The notes beneath the pieces were generated by a model, which was not told where the DNA came from, did no database searches, and saw only the letters and a list, made by a program, of their open reading frames with translations. A stretch of 64,000 bases of DNA from a bacterium (GTDB taxonomy: Bacteria; Margulisbacteria; Marinamargulisbacteria; GCA-2716485; JAYNIM01): positions 645,081-709,080 of the forward strand of contig JAYNIM010000001.1 of assembly GCA_038109055.1 (NCBI GenBank), given 5' to 3'. Made by a program: the position numbers and the translations under genes. Each line of letters opens with the position of its first letter. Positions within the stretch are counted from its first letter, which is position 1. This document shows, piece by piece, positions 1 to 11,147 of the stretch.

Positions 1-87
1 CAGTTGATTCTGTGGCTGATCAAGCACCTGCGTCTGCTGCACCTGATGCAGTCGATTCTGTGGCTGATCAAGCACCTTCGTCTGCTG
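1..87 (+). repeat. 48-bp tandem coding repeat (at least 1.8 copies)
   Basis: cagttgattctgtggctgatcaagcacct at 1 recurs as cagtcgattctgtggctgatcaagcacct at 49. Confidence 0.9.
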
Positions 88-344
88 TTAGTCTTGATGA
101 ATCTGAGGATAATCCAGCACTAAAATCAAGTATCATTCATGATATTTTAGCCTCTATTACAACAGAACCTTCATCCCTGCCTCAAGATGAAGACTCTCAA
201 ATGTTTAAATCTAAATTCCTTGAAATTTATCAGGATATTGAACGCTTAGAAAATAAGGAAACATTAAACTCAGACGAGAAAAAAAGACTTAAAGAACTCA
301 AAAAAGAAGAAACGCGTCTTTATGATCAACTTCATAAAAATTAG
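1..344 (+). CDS. 3' part of a hypothetical protein with Ala/Ser/Asp/Pro repeats and a charged C-terminus (5'-truncated by window)
   Basis: Frame is open from nt 3; VDSVADQAP(A/S)SA repeat; stop at 344. Confidence 0.7.
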   Translation, partial: VDSVADQAPASAAPDAVDSVADQAPSSAVSLDESEDNPALKSSIIHDILASITTEPSSLPQDEDSQMFKSKFLEIYQDIERLENKETLNSDEKKRLKELKKEETRLYDQLHKN

Positions 345-359
345 GGCGTCTAGGGTAAA

Positions 360-947
360 TTAATATAGCTCTGGGAATAGGCCCCTTTCTATTCCTTCTA
401 CCATAAAATGTAAAAGTAACATATGTAATTCCTGAATACGATCTGAGGTTTCACCAGGAACTATTATAGTGATATCTGCTTTATTTTTTAATGCTCCACC
501 CTCTTTTCCCAAAAAAAGAATGGTACGTACGTTTTTTTCTTTCGCTGTCTGACACGCACGAAGAATATTTTCAGAATTACCTGAGGTACTTAATCCAATC
601 CAGATATCATTGGGCTGTCCAAAGGCGTCAATTTGTCTTGAAAATACGTTTTCATAGCCGAAATCATTACTAATACAGGTTAAAACACCTGCCTCATTTA
701 AAGCTAAAGCTGCTAAGGCTTTTCTGTTTTTTCTATATCGTCCAACCAACTCCTCTGCAAAATGAGCAGCGTCACAGGCGGAACCTCCATTTCCACAAAT
801 CAAAATTTTACCCTGATTTTGATAGGCCTTTACACAAAGATTAATCGCCTTTTCGATATCTCTGTGTATCTCCTGGTTCTGTGTTAATCGTTCTAGTACA
901 CTACCTGCTTCTGCCAAGGTCTTCTGCAGAGCATGTTTAAGAGACAT
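360..947 (-). CDS. gmhA: Phosphoheptose isomerase (SIS domain)
   Basis: GNGGSACDAAHFAEEL, SNDFGYENVFSRQ, STSGNS, RIQELH motifs. Confidence 0.95.
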   Translation of the reverse strand: MSLKHALQKTLAEAGSVLERLTQNQEIHRDIEKAINLCVKAYQNQGKILICGNGGSACDAAHFAEELVGRYRKNRKALAALALNEAGVLTCISNDFGYENVFSRQIDAFGQPNDIWIGLSTSGNSENILRACQTAKEKNVRTILFLGKEGGALKNKADITIIVPGETSDRIQELHMLLLHFMVEGIERGLFPELY

Positions 948-1703
948 CTATTCGCCTAATTTTGATGATAAATAATCTTTATTCATACGTGCAATATTTT
1001 CAACAGAAATACCTTTTGGGCAGGCCGCTTCACATAAATATTGGTTTGAACAATTACCAAAGCCTTCTGCATCCATCTGATCAACCATATTTTTCACACG
1101 TTCTTTACGCTGTATTTGACCTTGAGGTAAAAGCGCCAAATGACTGACTTTTGCTGATACAAATAGCATCGCTGCTGCATTTGGGCAGGCTGCAACACAG
1201 GCTGAACATCCAATACAGGCAGCAGCATCAAAGGCTTTTGTTGCAAACTCTTTTTGCACAGGGATTGAATTTGCATCTGGCGCAGAGCCTGTCTTAACTG
1301 ATACATAACCGCCTTTTGCCATAATACGATCAAAAGAAGATCGGTCAATCATTAAATCTTTTAACACAGGCATGGCTTTTGCCCTGAAAGGTTCGATTAC
1401 TAGGGTTTCGCCGTCTTTAAAATCTCTTAAATGTAACTGACACAAGGTATTTTTCTTAATTGGGCCATGAGCCTCACCATTTATCATGGCTCCACACGAC
1501 CCACATATCCCCTCTCTGCAATCATGCTCAAAGGTAATAGGGTCTTTACTTTCTAAAATAAGCGTTTCATTTAAAATATCTAACATCTCTAGAAAAGACG
1601 CATTAACGTCCACATCTTTCATTTCAAACGTTTCAAAATAACCTCTACTGTTTGAATTTTTTTGTCGCCATATCTTTAGCGTCAGGGATATTGTTTCTGC
1701 CAT
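948..1703 (-). CDS. sdhB: Succinate dehydrogenase/fumarate reductase Fe-S subunit
   Basis: [32 protein letters not shown]e-S motifs; start overlaps sdhA stop (TAATG). Confidence 0.95.
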   Translation of the reverse strand: MAETISLTLKIWRQKNSNSRGYFETFEMKDVDVNASFLEMLDILNETLILESKDPITFEHDCREGICGSCGAMINGEAHGPIKKNTLCQLHLRDFKDGETLVIEPFRAKAMPVLKDLMIDRSSFDRIMAKGGYVSVKTGSAPDANSIPVQKEFATKAFDAAACIGCSACVAACPNAAAMLFVSAKVSHLALLPQGQIQRKERVKNMVDQMDAEGFGNCSNQYLCEAACPKGISVENIARMNKDYLSSKLGE

Positions 1704-3637
1704 TATTTATAACTCCTGGTACTTAATGGAACATTTTCAAATTCTAAGGCTTCTTTATGTAATGAGGGAGCCTTGTTTACACCATTAAATTCCCACGCCG
1801 ACACATGACAAAAGTTTGCGTCATCACGTTTAGCTTCTCCCTCTTCAGTTTGCATTTCTTCTCTAAAATGTCCACCACAAGATTCTTCTCGTTTTAGTGC
1901 ATCTAAGGTCATTAACTCTCCAAATTCTAAAAAGTCTGCCACTCGACCTGCAAGTTCTAAATTTTGATTTAACGATTCACCAGATCCGGGGACTATCACA
2001 TTCTCCCAAAATTCTTCTCGTAGTTCTTTCACACGTTTCAATGTCTTTGTTAAACCTTCTTTATTTCGTGACATTCCCACTTCATTCCACATTAATAACC
2101 CTAGTTCTCGATGAAAGTCATTCACGGTTCGTTTTCCTCTTATAGAAAGAATTTTATCAATTTTAGTTTTTGCATCATGGAGGGCTTCTTTAATACTTGG
2201 ATGTTGATCTTGAACTGGTGAAAGCTCTGTTTGAGCCAGATAGTTGCCTAGAGTATTAGGAATAACAAAATAGCCATCTGACAGGCCTTGCATCAATGCA
2301 GAGGCCCCCAAACGATTGGCTCCATGATCAGAAAAATTAGCTTCTCCTAAGACAAAAAGACCTGGGATCGTACTCATCAAATTATAATCTACCCATAGTC
2401 CACCCATCGTATAATGAACTGCTGGGAAAATTTTCATGGCTTCTTGATAGGGATTTGTACCGGCGATACGTTGATACATATCAAAAAGGTTTCCATACTT
2501 AGCAGAAATAGCATCTTGACCCAAACGTGTAATAGCTTCGGAAAAATCGAGATATACAGCCAAACCTGTTGCGCCTACTCCTCGTCCTTCGTCACACACA
2601 TACTTAGCGTTACGAGAAGCTAAGTCTCTTGGAACTAAATTACCAAAACTTGGATACTTTCTCTCTAAATAATAATCTCTTTCATTTTCAGGAATCTGAT
2701 TAGGATGTCGGGTGTCTCCTTTTTTGATCGGCACCCATACTCTTCCGTCATTCCTTAAGCTTTCGCTCATCAAGGTTAACTTAGATTGATAATCACCCTT
2801 TACAGGAATACAAGTTGGATGAATTTGGGTATAGCAAGGGTTAGCAAAAAAAGCGCCTTTTTTGTGTGCGCGCCAGGTAGCTGTGACGTTACACCCAATG
2901 GCATTAGTCGACAAATAAAACACATTTCCATAACCACCTGTGGCCATGATGACGGCATCAGCAGTCATGGATTCTATTTTTCCACTTACTAAGTTTCTGT
3001 ACACAATCCCTCTAGCTTTACCATCTATGATGATCAGCTCTAACATTTCTGTACGTGGGTACATTTTAACAGACCCCGTATTTACTTCTTTCATTAAGGC
3101 AGAATATGCCCCTAAGAGTAATTGTTGACCAGTCTGTCCCCTGGCATAAAATGTACGTGATACCTGAGCCCCTCCAAAGGAACGATTATCCAGTAAGCCT
3201 CCATACTCTCTAGCAAATGGAACGCCTTGAGCCACACAATGATCAATAATTTTAACTGAGTTTTCGGCCAAGCGATGTACATTTGCTTCTCTCGCTCTAA
3301 AATCGCCGCCTTTTACCGTATCGTAAAAAAGGCGATGGATGCTATCTCCATCATTTGTATAGTTCTTGGCTGCATTAATCCCCCCTTGTGCCGCGATGCT
3401 GTGGGCCCGACGTGCGGAATCCTGAAAACAAAAGGCAGAAACCTTGTATCCCAGCTCTCCCAAACTTGCTGCTGCTGATGCACCAGCTAAGCCAGTCCCG
3501 ACTACAATGACATGAAATTTACGTTTGTTAGCTGGGTTTACCAACTTCATATCAAACTTATGCTTTTCCCATTTTTGGTCAATTGGACCAGAAGGAATTT
3601 TAGAATCTAATTGTGGGCTTGTTTTGTGTTTTGTCAT
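1703..3637 (-). CDS. sdhA: Succinate dehydrogenase/fumarate reductase flavoprotein
   Basis: [15 protein letters not shown] (FAD-linked His), HYTMGG, HGANRLG. Confidence 0.96.
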   Translation of the reverse strand: MTKHKTSPQLDSKIPSGPIDQKWEKHKFDMKLVNPANKRKFHVIVVGTGLAGASAAASLGELGYKVSAFCFQDSARRAHSIAAQGGINAAKNYTNDGDSIHRLFYDTVKGGDFRAREANVHRLAENSVKIIDHCVAQGVPFAREYGGLLDNRSFGGAQVSRTFYARGQTGQQLLLGAYSALMKEVNTGSVKMYPRTEMLELIIIDGKARGIVYRNLVSGKIESMTADAVIMATGGYGNVFYLSTNAIGCNVTATWRAHKKGAFFANPCYTQIHPTCIPVKGDYQSKLTLMSESLRNDGRVWVPIKKGDTRHPNQIPENERDYYLERKYPSFGNLVPRDLASRNAKYVCDEGRGVGATGLAVYLDFSEAITRLGQDAISAKYGNLFDMYQRIAGTNPYQEAMKIFPAVHYTMGGLWVDYNLMSTIPGLFVLGEANFSDHGANRLGASALMQGLSDGYFVIPNTLGNYLAQTELSPVQDQHPSIKEALHDAKTKIDKILSIRGKRTVNDFHRELGLLMWNEVGMSRNKEGLTKTLKRVKELREEFWENVIVPGSGESLNQNLELAGRVADFLEFGELMTLDALKREESCGGHFREEMQTEEGEAKRDDANFCHVSAWEFNGVNKAPSLHKEALEFENVPLSTRSYK

Positions 3638-3639
3638 CT

Positions 3640-4308
3640 TTAACCTATAAAATATACATAAATTGGTATTAAACTGAAGCCAAGGGAAATACCTAAACCT
3701 ATAGCCGTACTCAAACGTTCGATCTTGGGTGTATAGCTCTGGTGCCTAAAACCAAAACTTTGAAACATACTTTGAACGCCATGAGCCAAATGCATACCGA
3801 TCGCTAATAAAGCTATCACATACCAAGAAACTCGGAAGCCATTTTTAAAACTGTTAAATACCAGCCCATAGGTCCCCTGTTCAACACCAGCCACGACTGT
3901 TGCAGGACCAAAATGATCCGGCCACCAAAAGTCAATTAAATGGGTGATGATAAAAAGTAAAAGAATGGACCCTGTTACAGGCATTAATCGCGTCGCTAAT
4001 GATCGTTTTTGCTTACCTTTAAACGAGGCGTACCCTTGTGATCCTCGTGCTTTGCGATTTTCGATAGTAACTAAGGCAGTAAATATGATGTGTATCAGAA
4101 ACACGCCCGCTAATACTGCTTCCACAGACCTAAAAACTATACCTGTTTTGTGTGCGGTTGACGGCAATAAATTATAGGCAGCTGGTCCAACTAAAAAAAG
4201 CAGATTCATCACCATATGGAAGAAGATGAACCCCACAACCATAAGCCCTGATGTAGCGACAATTTGTTTTTTACCTATGGATGAATTTATGTATTTTTTG
4301 ATACTCAT
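3640..4308 (-). CDS. sdhC: Succinate dehydrogenase cytochrome b558 subunit (start uncertain: 4308, 4332 or 4374)
   Basis: [13 protein letters not shown], about 5 TM helices with heme-ligand His, position upstream of sdhA. Confidence 0.9.
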   Translation of the reverse strand: MSIKKYINSSIGKKQIVATSGLMVVGFIFFHMVMNLLFLVGPAAYNLLPSTAHKTGIVFRSVEAVLAGVFLIHIIFTALVTIENRKARGSQGYASFKGKQKRSLATRLMPVTGSILLLFIITHLIDFWWPDHFGPATVVAGVEQGTYGLVFNSFKNGFRVSWYVIALLAIGMHLAHGVQSMFQSFGFRHQSYTPKIERLSTAIGLGISLGFSLIPIYVYFIG

Positions 4309-4448
4309 TTTACGTGAGTAAGATATTAACATAGTCTTTATTATTTTTCTATTCTTTAATTTTGACACATCCACTTTTTATTTTGTGCACTATGTATGTA
4401 TGCTAGGATAGTTAATATTATTTAAGGTTCATTATTTAAGGAGAGTTT

Positions 4449-5831
4449 ATGTCAACAACACGTACTGAAAGCGATACTATGGGAGCCATCAACGTACCCG
4501 CTGAAAAATATTATGGAGCACAATCCGCACGTTCCTTGCATCACTTTGATATTGGTATTGAAACACTTCCTCGGGAGATGATTAGTGCATTGGGTATTTT
4601 AAAAAAAGCCTGTGCGATTGTGAATGCAAAAAAAAATGGCCTCAGTGATGAAAAACTACGTCTTATTGTTCAAGCGGCTGATGAGGTTATCAGCGGCAAA
4701 CTTGATGACCATTTCCCCTTATCGGTGTGGCAAACAGGTAGCGGAACACAAAGTAATATGAATAGTAATGAAGTCATTTCGAATCGTGCTATCGAACTGG
4801 CAGGTGGCATAATGGGAAGTAAAGAGCCTATTCATCCTAATGATGACTTAAATAAGTCTCAATCCTCTAACGATACATTTCCAACAGCCATGCATATTGC
4901 CGCTGCCACCGATGTCAAAAAACGTTTAATCCCTTCGCTCACTAAACTTCGCGCTGCGATTCATGCAAAATCTCAGGCTTTTAAGGATATTGTTAAAATT
5001 GGGCGCACACATTTGATGGATGCAACGCCCTTAACTATTGGTCAGGAATTTTCGGGCTATGTTCAGCAATTAGACAATGCTATTAAACGTATCGAATTAT
5101 CCTTGCCTCGCTTGTATGAATTGGCGATTGGGGGCACAGCAGTCGGGACTGGTTTAAACACCCCTGATGGCTTTGATACTGATGTTGCGGCTGAAATTGC
5201 ACAGGAAACAGGTTTGCCTTTTGTGCCAGCTCCCAATAAATTTGAAGCTCTCTCCGCCCATGATGCCATCGTTGAAATGAGTTCTGCGTTGCGATCTTTG
5301 GCTCTATCGTTGCATAAAATTGCCAATGATATTCGCTGGTCTGGCTCTGGGCCTCGTTGTGGTATTGGCGAGCTTATCCTACCCGCTAATGAGCCCGGCT
5401 CTAGCATTATGCCAGGCAAAGTTAACCCCACCCAATGCGAGGCCTTAACGATGATTTCTGCGCAGGTGATTGGCAATGATGCCTGTATTGCCTTTGCCGG
5501 TGCTAATGGCCACTTTCAACTTAATGTTTATAAACCTGTGATGATTTATAATTTATTGCAATCTATTCGTCTTTTAACGGATGGCATGACCGCTTTTCGT
5601 CGCTTTTGCATCGATGGCCTTCAGGTTAATGAGATTAATATTGCTAAAAACCTGCAAAACTCCCTCATGCTTGTAACTGCCTTAAATACGCATATTGGCT
5701 ATGATAAGGCGGCTCAGATTGCGAAAAAAGCATACACAGATAATAGTAGTTTAAAAGATGCAGCTCTAGATCTAGGTTATGTTACTTCAAATGAATTTGA
5801 TCGTTATGTGAATCCTAAAGACATGTGTTAA
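4449..5831 (+). CDS. fumC: Class II fumarate hydratase
   Basis: [11 protein letters not shown] signature, [16 protein letters not shown] aaggaga upstream. Confidence 0.97.
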   Translation: MSTTRTESDTMGAINVPAEKYYGAQSARSLHHFDIGIETLPREMISALGILKKACAIVNAKKNGLSDEKLRLIVQAADEVISGKLDDHFPLSVWQTGSGTQSNMNSNEVISNRAIELAGGIMGSKEPIHPNDDLNKSQSSNDTFPTAMHIAAATDVKKRLIPSLTKLRAAIHAKSQAFKDIVKIGRTHLMDATPLTIGQEFSGYVQQLDNAIKRIELSLPRLYELAIGGTAVGTGLNTPDGFDTDVAAEIAQETGLPFVPAPNKFEALSAHDAIVEMSSALRSLALSLHKIANDIRWSGSGPRCGIGELILPANEPGSSIMPGKVNPTQCEALTMISAQVIGNDACIAFAGANGHFQLNVYKPVMIYNLLQSIRLLTDGMTAFRRFCIDGLQVNEINIAKNLQNSLMLVTALNTHIGYDKAAQIAKKAYTDNSSLKDAALDLGYVTSNEFDRYVNPKDMC

Positions 5832-5951
5832 TTTATCTATTCATAAAATTAGCTATTCTTTAAACTTTATCTTACAATTTTATAGGATTTACCTTAATTT
5901 CTCTTTTTTTTATTGTATTTCCTTAATAAACTGTGGTATTTTTTATGAATT

Positions 5952-6533
5952 ATGAGATCATTTCTACCATATCTTCCCACACGCCCTGACCTTTTTCGAG
6001 CAGCCTGTCTACTTGGTAACCTAGCTCTTGCTTCTTCTGCTTTTCTTGGTATGTTATATTCATTTAAATGTTCTACTTCTCAACCAGCTTCTACTTCCCA
6101 ACCAGCCTTACCCAATACTACATCTTGTTTTAATGCCCCCTCTCATTCTTCTGTCATACCTCTACAAAGATTCTTTACCTGTTCTTCTATCATACCTCTA
6201 CAAACATTCTTTTCATGTATCTCGCTGTTATGTTTTGTTTCTCAACAACTAACTTTAGACAAACCTAATACACCACAAGACAAATCCCCACAACCACCTA
6301 CAGTATTCCCAAGTCCAGAATTTGCCCAATTATTTTATGAAGTTATTATTCAAAAGCTTCAGATCAAGGGGGAGCATGTTATAACATTAAAGAGTCTTTT
6401 CAATAACGCTGAAAGGCTACTCTGTATTCAAACAAAGGCCCCTCAAGTAAACTCAGATAGAGTTTGGACGCCCCAAATTTTTATTGACATTCTAGAGCAG
6501 GCAGCAAAAGAAAAAGAAACATCACACAAATGA
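5952..6533 (+). CDS. Hypothetical protein with hydrophobic segments and internal repeats
   Basis: 193-aa ORF; ATGA overlap with next gene; no family recognised. Confidence 0.6.
   Translation: MRSFLPYLPTRPDLFRAACLLGNLALASSAFLGMLYSFKCSTSQPASTSQPALPNTTSCFNAPSHSSVIPLQRFFTCSSIIPLQTFFSCISLLCFVSQQLTLDKPNTPQDKSPQPPTVFPSPEFAQLFYEVIIQKLQIKGEHVITLKSLFNNAERLLCIQTKAPQVNSDRVWTPQIFIDILEQAAKEKETSHK
6071..6217 (+). repeat. In-frame tandem duplications of 18 bp (6071-6106) and 36 bp (6146-6217)
   Basis: STSQPA x2; SSVIPLQRFFTC/SSIIPLQTFFSC. Confidence 0.85.
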
Positions 6534-8182
6534 GCACTTCCCCTCGAGCAAAGGCCCCCCAATCACCTTATATATCTCCCCAAGAATTAGAACTACTTCT
6601 TAGTGGATTACCGAAAGTGTCAAACAATGTAACTACTCCGAGAGCATTCTCACCTCCCGCTACACCTCCAGAACAGGTCAACTTCTCCGACGATGGCTCT
6701 ACTTCTGAATCAGACGGCTCTATATCCCCCGCATCTCATCGGTCAAACTCCCCCCAGTTTCCCCTAGATCTCGATCCTGTAGGCGCCCCCCGTCCAGACA
6801 CGGTATCTACATCAGAGACACACTCTCCACTCCCTCCACCTGAGCATACTGAGGTTCAATACCTTGCACGTATTAGGTCTGAGGTTGAGACCTATACTAG
6901 CAAAGTTGACTTAAAAGTTCAGGGCTTTATGAGTCAACTCAAAAAGTTACAAACATATTTTGTAGCTACTGATGAAAACAAAGCTTTTTTACGAGAACAA
7001 TTTAAAATTGGCAATACTTCACCCCTTACATATGAGGATCTATCAACTGAATTAAAAAGGGCTATTTCACGCCATAATCCTAAGGCCGAGACATCTGAAG
7101 AAAACGAGCTTTATTTCCTCTTATTTCTAGAATTTAATCAACACGTTTTTTTACCTAAGCTTGGACATGGTCTCTGGGCGCTTGACTGCTCTGACGAGAG
7201 TGGCGAATATATACATCCGGGGTCAGAACAAGGTGCTTTTCAGCAAGTATATGCATTAGCTTCTGACTATGTAGATAAATTGAGAATTTTATCATCTCCC
7301 TCACTTGATGATCTTTTAGCTCAAATTGACAAAGTTCTTCCGAAAAGTCACTTTCCCCCAGAGTTTACCAGTCACATCCAAGACTTTTTTTCAACGCTTT
7401 TCCCTCCTAATAACGATAGTACGCGAAGTGTGAGAAAAGTATGTTTGCAAGCATATCGTGATTTATTCCAAAATGGTGCTGAAGAAACACGCCCTTACTT
7501 GCCAAATGCTACAGAAGACTCTTTAAACTTATGCCGAAATACAGTTGTTAAGCTATCTGCAGCAGCCCCCGTCTTGCTGCATCTTTTGGATTTCTGGAGT
7601 CCCTTTCTTCCAGATTACTTATCTATGCATCCACTAGGAACACACTATGTCCCTGATTCCGTTACTATAATGAAAAAACCTCCAGCTAATCTTCAGAAGG
7701 AATTTAAAGCAGCTTGCGAGGGTATTACTGCCCAAAATTCAGTGTTTGATATACCTAAACTATACGCAGCAGTTAATGGAGAATCCCCAATGTTGGACCC
7801 TTGTAAAGATTACGTAATTGTTGTTTTGGACGTTCTTAAAGATCAGGGTTACGCTGAGGTCGCTGAGGAGTTTTGGGAATTTTTAGTATGGAATGGAAAA
7901 TTAAGAAATTATGCTGATCAAACGCAGAGAACAGAGGTTTGGGATGCCAATCAAGCAGGCAAGTTAAGTCTTGAGGCCAGAAGCCTTATTAAGCAACTTC
8001 AATCAACATCAGACGAACGATTTAATGCCCAAATGAAGGCTAATATGGCTACAGTTAACAAATTGAAAAGTTCTGAAGACCCTCTTGCAAAAGGTTTATA
8101 TCACTTAATGACTCTTTTTAGATCTGCAGCTAGTAACATGACCTCTGCTTATGAAAAGGAACAGGAAAAGGGTACCTTGTAA
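6530..8182 (+). CDS. Hypothetical protein with Ser/Pro-rich N-terminus
   Basis: 550-aa ORF; no family recognised. Confidence 0.8.
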   Translation: MSTSPRAKAPQSPYISPQELELLLSGLPKVSNNVTTPRAFSPPATPPEQVNFSDDGSTSESDGSISPASHRSNSPQFPLDLDPVGAPRPDTVSTSETHSPLPPPEHTEVQYLARIRSEVETYTSKVDLKVQGFMSQLKKLQTYFVATDENKAFLREQFKIGNTSPLTYEDLSTELKRAISRHNPKAETSEENELYFLLFLEFNQHVFLPKLGHGLWALDCSDESGEYIHPGSEQGAFQQVYALASDYVDKLRILSSPSLDDLLAQIDKVLPKSHFPPEFTSHIQDFFSTLFPPNNDSTRSVRKVCLQAYRDLFQNGAEETRPYLPNATEDSLNLCRNTVVKLSAAAPVLLHLLDFWSPFLPDYLSMHPLGTHYVPDSVTIMKKPPANLQKEFKAACEGITAQNSVFDIPKLYAAVNGESPMLDPCKDYVIVVLDVLKDQGYAEVAEEFWEFLVWNGKLRNYADQTQRTEVWDANQAGKLSLEARSLIKQLQSTSDERFNAQMKANMATVNKLKSSEDPLAKGLYHLMTLFRSAASNMTSAYEKEQEKGTL

Positions 8183-8245
8183 ATGTTTGTTCTTTACGTT
8201 TCACTATAACTTCATCTTTTGCTATTATCGTAGTTATACGATTTT

Positions 8246-9658
8246 ATGAAGCAATTATATTTTAAATTACTTACCTATCTCTCTCATAATTTTCGGCTTC
8301 TATTTTCCTTTAAAGAATTTTTTGATAGCGACACCTATATCTCATATCAAACAGATTTATTAAATCGGGTATTTTTTGTTGAATTATTAGCTTTTTTTTA
8401 TTTTATTTTCTTCTTTCTCTTTATTGATCCATTGCTGAGCTCACTCGTTTTCTTTGTTCTTCTTCTTGAACTTACTCGTTTTTTCTTTGTTCGCTCTTTA
8501 TACCTAAAACAATTACTTCATATCTTTTTTCCTTGTGTTGCCGCCTTAGTCTTTATCTTCTGCTTAGGACCCGTTTATAGTTTAACAATATTTCCCTATT
8601 CATTATTAGTTCTTAGCTTTACCTTTTGTGACTTTAAACATCCTCTCAAGTCTTTATTTTTACTGTCTATTTCTATATCTACTGTCATTTTTAGCTCATA
8701 TTTGGTCGAACTTGATGCTCTTTTTACCTTCTCCTCGTTTTCCCTTCATTTTTTCAACTATTCCATGTACGGATGGACAACTATCCTTATATTAACCCCC
8801 CTTAAATTTACGTATGACTTAACTCAACTTCAATTTATTGAATTAATCGATACCAATAACACCTTACGATCTACCATAAAAGAAAGTCAAAAAAAATCAT
8901 TATATATCGAAAAACTATCTCAACAAAATGCTTTTTCTAGACTGTCTAAAGGCATTGCTCATGAAATTAGAAACCCTATGATGGGCTTAATGGGAAACTT
9001 AGAATTGCTAGAACGTCAACCTAAGAATAAAGCGGCCTTTTCTAAACTTGTTCTTCGTTCTCAAAAATGCATTGACCGCATGCTCAACATTACCAATGTC
9101 ATGCTTAAATATGGGAACCCTGAAAAATCAACTTCTAAATCTACGCATATCTCTCAGCTTGTTCAAGAAGTGTTGAGTCTCTCAGAAAATAAATGTCTCC
9201 AACATGGGATTCACATTAAAACACATTTTGATTCTATTGATGCTTTCTTTGTGGATCAAACCTTACTCTTTCAGATTTTAAGTAATCTTATCAGTAATGC
9301 TATTGACGCTATGTCTGACTTAAAACTCTCTAAAGAAAAAACGCTTTCTGTCACAACCTCTCTTTCTATGTTTCAAAACACCTCCCATCATTTAGTTGAT
9401 GGCCTGCAAATTGTTATTCAAGACACAGGTTGTGGTATTTCAAAAAAAGATCTTAACCAAGTCCTTGACCCTTTTTATAGTAAAAAATACAACCATGTGG
9501 GTCTGGGGCTGTCTATTGTTCTTAAATCTGTTCGATCTCTCAATGGCATACTTGATATTCGATCAGAGGTAGATCAAGGGACCAGTGTCATTATCAATAT
9601 TCCTCATACTACTGCTAACAACACGCCAATATCAGTCAAAACAGCGTCTATTTCTTAA
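8246..9658 (+). CDS. Membrane sensor histidine kinase
   Basis: Several N-terminal TMs; AHEIRNP H-box, NLISNAIDA, DTGCG, GLGL. Confidence 0.92.
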   Translation: MKQLYFKLLTYLSHNFRLLFSFKEFFDSDTYISYQTDLLNRVFFVELLAFFYFIFFFLFIDPLLSSLVFFVLLLELTRFFFVRSLYLKQLLHIFFPCVAALVFIFCLGPVYSLTIFPYSLLVLSFTFCDFKHPLKSLFLLSISISTVIFSSYLVELDALFTFSSFSLHFFNYSMYGWTTILILTPLKFTYDLTQLQFIELIDTNNTLRSTIKESQKKSLYIEKLSQQNAFSRLSKGIAHEIRNPMMGLMGNLELLERQPKNKAAFSKLVLRSQKCIDRMLNITNVMLKYGNPEKSTSKSTHISQLVQEVLSLSENKCLQHGIHIKTHFDSIDAFFVDQTLLFQILSNLISNAIDAMSDLKLSKEKTLSVTTSLSMFQNTSHHLVDGLQIVIQDTGCGISKKDLNQVLDPFYSKKYNHVGLGLSIVLKSVRSLNGILDIRSEVDQGTSVIINIPHTTANNTPISVKTASIS

Positions 9659-9707
9659 ACCCGTCATTTATTCACAGCCTCTCTCTTGTATTACTCGTTG
9701 TTGATGT

Positions 9708-10727
9708 TTAAGGATAGAGTGCTTTGCTTGAGCGGGGTTGTTCCAAGGATGCTAGTTTAATACCGTCCCATTTCTCTAGTTGAATTAACAGGTTCTTCAT
9801 ATACTCTTTTTGTAATACTTTTGAAATGGCATTTAATACATAGATGGTTGGAAAGGGTTTGTTTAAAAACTCGACAGCCCCAAGTCTGAAACATTCTTCG
9901 GCTATTTGAAGTTCTTGGTACGCTGTCATGACTAAAATTTTTGCGTTTCTGTGTTTTGTTAATAATCCTGGAATTAATTCTTGTGCTGTTGCATCTGGCA
10001 AATAAACATCTAAAATAATCAGATCGACTTTTGCCTTTATTTCTAACGCCTCCAATTCCTTTGCAGAACCCGCTGTAAAAACATGAAACTGCTCTTCTAA
10101 AATATACTGTAAATTCTCTGCAATTGTTTCGTCATCTTCAACAATTAAAATATGTTTTTTTTCTGTTTTATTTGTTATTTGAAATAATGTGTCTTTGGCC
10201 AATATTAATGCAAGTTCTTTGTTGTCTTCTGTTGATTCAAGTATTTCATTTAAGTTTAAAATATTTCCTGAACAGCGTTTCTTTATCAATTGTTGTAATA
10301 CGTTTTTGATGTCTATTTTTATTTTATTTTCTCTCTTAATGCTTGTGTTTAATTGTGTTTCTAGGGCTTGGAATATCTGAAAGGTACTATAGGCTTCTTC
10401 AATATTTTTCTTTAAGAAACTCGTTGAATATGGTTCTGTAAGGTAAGCAAAAGCTCCGGTTTTAAATGCTAAGATTGCATCAAGAAATTGTTCTGTTTCA
10501 GAGATAAATACATACTCAGCTTTGGGGAAAAATGTTCTAATTTCTTGCACCCCATTTATAAAAATATTTTCAAGCGATGCGGATTCTATGAGTAATACTT
10601 TGGGTCCTTGTCTGTGACTGTCAATGTATATTTTTATTTGTTCTAAATCACAAAAAAACTCAAGCGCATAGGTGCTCCCTAAGCTTTGTTTGTACTGTTC
10701 GTACATATATGATTTTTGTGAAATCAC
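9708..10727 (-). CDS. Response regulator with two receiver domains (first degenerate) and no output domain
   Basis: C-terminal REC: ILIVEDD, LIILD, MTA, KP; N-terminal REC-like with GAFAYLTEP. Confidence 0.85.
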   Translation of the reverse strand: MISQKSYMYEQYKQSLGSTYALEFFCDLEQIKIYIDSHRQGPKVLLIESASLENIFINGVQEIRTFFPKAEYVFISETEQFLDAILAFKTGAFAYLTEPYSTSFLKKNIEEAYSTFQIFQALETQLNTSIKRENKIKIDIKNVLQQLIKKRCSGNILNLNEILESTEDNKELALILAKDTLFQITNKTEKKHILIVEDDETIAENLQYILEEQFHVFTAGSAKELEALEIKAKVDLIILDVYLPDATAQELIPGLLTKHRNAKILVMTAYQELQIAEECFRLGAVEFLNKPFPTIYVLNAISKVLQKEYMKNLLIQLEKWDGIKLASLEQPRSSKALYP

Positions 10728-10829
10728 ACCTAGTAAATGTTTGCTTTTACTTGTATCGTTAATGCTTGTATTATATCATATTTTTCTAAAGATTACATTT
10801 ATTTTTTTTTAAAAATTCACTTAATTTTT

Positions 10830-10858
10830 TTGACAACCTCTCATTTTCTTTTTAAACT
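10830..10858 (+). promoter_or_regulatory. Sigma70-type promoter for moaD-like operon
   Basis: TTGACA-17 nt-TAAACT, 9 nt before ATG 10868. Confidence 0.7.
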
Positions 10859-10867
10859 AAGCAGACT

Positions 10868-11146
10868 ATGATACACCTAAATATCCCTACTCCCTTGCGT
10901 CCCTTTGTTAATGGAAAAGATACCTTAACTTTTTCTGAGGTTGGAACTGTTGCTAGTTTACTTGACCACTTGGTCACAGACTATGAAAAATTAAAGACGC
11001 ATTTATTTACTCCTGAGGGTTCTTTACGAAAATTTATTAATATTTATGTTGGTGATGATGATATCCGTTTTTTGAATGGTCTAGATACAATACTGTCTCC
11101 GGATGCTGAAGTATCGATCATTCCTTCTATTGCTGGAGGCTACTAA
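10868..11146 (+). CDS. MoaD/ThiS/CysO-family ubiquitin-like sulfur carrier
   Basis: IPTPLR...INIYVGDDDIRFL...IIPSIAGG-Y. Confidence 0.92.
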   Translation: MIHLNIPTPLRPFVNGKDTLTFSEVGTVASLLDHLVTDYEKLKTHLFTPEGSLRKFINIYVGDDDIRFLNGLDTILSPDAEVSIIPSIAGGY

Positions 11147-11147
11147 C

